Source: Amphiscolops sp. MND2022 (taxonomy: Eukaryota). Taken from it: DNA of 64,000 bases. Shown here piece after piece: positions 62,025-64,000 of the stretch. The stretch is from assembly GCA_964187785.1 (NCBI GenBank), contig OZ076411.1, positions 44,826,001 through 44,890,000 on the forward strand, given 5' to 3'. The position numbers and the translations under genes are program-made. The stretch's first letter is position 1. Each line of letters starts with the position of its first letter. Under the pieces are notes generated by a model. That model searched no databases, was not told the origin of the DNA, and saw only the letters and a list, made by a program, of their open reading frames with translations.

Positions 62025-64000
62025 TTCTTTCGCTCGTGCGCCGTCTTCTGAACTAATTTTGGGTTACCTGCAAGGTCGGCCATGTCAGAATTCAAAATTT
62101 TTCAGAAATTGCTAATAGGTGCCACCAGACTTGTGTATGTTACACATTTCACTTTGCTTTTTTGAAGCTATCAAACATTTTTTGTTGCTTATCAGAATCT
62201 GGCAGAGTACTGTAATGCTATTACTAAATTTATCGTTGTTTTGAACATTCAAATCAATTCAAAATTATGCTTTCGTTCAAAAAGTTTTGTTCATTTTCAC
62301 AGGTTCTTTGATAACAGGTTGCCATCATCGTATAATCTCTATGGGTTCACAACCACCAGGGGTTGTTGAAATGATTCAAAATTTGGACACAGCCATGTGG
62401 GCCCATTTTAGAAGGTTTTCGACTGCTTTTTTTATGAAAACCATTTGCAGATCGAAAGTAGCAATTCGCAGTAACTTTTTTGAGCGTCGTCCAGCTTACG
62501 ATATTCTGACTTGTTCAAGTAGCCAAATAAACTTCTCTTAGTTCCCGTCATCTTTGGAATTGGCTAGAAAAAAGTTTTCTCTGGTTTAGTGGAACTTTTC
62601 TTAGTTCTCCGAGGACGGCCTTAGGGACCTTTAGCATGTCACTTTGAAACCAGCTTCAAGCCGACCATTGCTTGACAATTTGGCTGCCAATTGGTACCAA
62701 AGCTTTCTATTGGGAGTATCCGAAAAGAGATCCACTTAGAAAAGTGCTTATTCAGCGTCTGCCCTGCGGGATTGGTAAAATGAACTTCTTTCGTCTACTA
62801 CTTCTAGTTACATCACAAGTCTTTAGCAAAGCCGTCATTTTGTTTAACCACCACTGGAAAGGCACTGTAGCCCTTGCCTCACTTACGTGTCACTCTCTCG
62901 CCATAAATCATGTGATGTTTTGACTTGCGAAAGAGGGAGAGATCAGAGTGAATGACACAAATTCGCTGAGTATCTGGTGCTAACTTTTTAGATAAGTAAA
63001 AATTGTTCAGTTTGGAAGAAAAAAGTTTATCACCCGTGTTTTTATTATGATGCCATTATGATGTAATATGACCAATAAGATATAATAGTTCTCAAACCCA
63101 GCCACCTCGAGGTTTAGTCAGATATATTTGTGAACACGTGCATTCTTTGGTCTTTCGCTTCCTTCATTGATCGATTTTGATTCCCCCACCTTCGGATAAT
63201 GATACGAAGCTGCTCACGTCAACTTAGCATGGGCTGAAACAAAAACAATTCTGTAGAATGAAAATTCAGAATTTTTTAACATATTTGATTTTATTTATTC
63301 AGAAAATAATCAAAATAAACTAATAAACAAATTAATAAACATAATGAAATAAATGTAGTTACCTTATTTCAACATTTTGTGTGACAGTGAAACGGGAAAC
63401 GAAAAAAAAATGTCCGAGAAACAAGGAGCTAAAGTCGATATTCAGAGAACATTATTTTTGAAATTGCTGCCTCAAATAATTCGAATCATCGTCATTGGAA
63501 TTTAGAATAAACTGGAATGATGCTCTGGAAAGAATTATCTTCTCTCTTCGAAAAATGCAGTCAAATTGACTGCTTCCGTAATAATTTCATCTTTCAGTTG
63601 TTTTTGGTTTCATTTTTATTTCCTCTCTTATTACTTTCTGGCTCTTTCAAGAGAGATCTGTCATTGTATACACATAGATCTTGTACTTTGCATCATTATT
63701 GGTGAAAAATCAATAGAGAAACTACGATTTTTTATTCATGTCAACGGTCTGTATATTTAATCAGTCCTAATCAGAATTTTCCCCAAAATATTAATGTAAA
63801 ATCAGTATTGCCTGGGTTTCCTCAATTATTTAGACCATCGATTGACAGGATATTCATGAGTCTGCAAGAAAAGTACTAGAATGTATAAGACGTTGAAATA
63901 ACCACGTATTCGACGCCCTTTATGTTCCGGAATGTATACGCCAGACATTGTTTGAAGGCAAAAACAATCATCGAATAACTTCAAGTGCTTTTTAACTATT

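Overview
Eukaryotic (probably invertebrate animal) repeat-rich DNA with GT-AG introns and no intact host gene that I can recognise. It holds decayed Ty3/gypsy elements (about 1.2-7.1 kb; a full LTR element at 31298-39536 with a 5.4-kb tandem partial duplicate to 45711; an RT-less gypsy derivative at about 48.1-57.6 kb), a hAT transposase relic (46.1-47.7 kb) and a Helentron-type HINE (59.8-61.3 kb). The main feature is a 17,259-bp DNA transposon at 8984-26242. It has 23-bp terminal inverted repeats (CATTACGAGGYCAAAGTSGGAAA) and a 2-bp AG target duplication, and its exact empty site is preserved in an adjacent duplication (27458-27459). It encodes a divergent Chapaev/Transib/RAG1-like DDE transposase with an adjoining BRCT ORF, plus chromatin-type cargo: a Tudor-like protein, a KMT5A-like SET protein (possibly fused to a dead tyrosine-recombinase fold) and a multi-exon C2H2-JmjC(KDM2/7-like)-ELM2 gene. 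It also carries a captured ASCC3 exon and about 23 copies of a 15-bp motif (TTCTAAACCRYGAGC) whose orientation flips near the element midpoint. My inference is a transposon-borne chromatin self-defence (anti-silencing) system. Domain calls are from remembered family motifs, not database searches. Several cargo splice junctions are off by one base or contain a stop, so this copy may be partly decayed or carry homopolymer errors.
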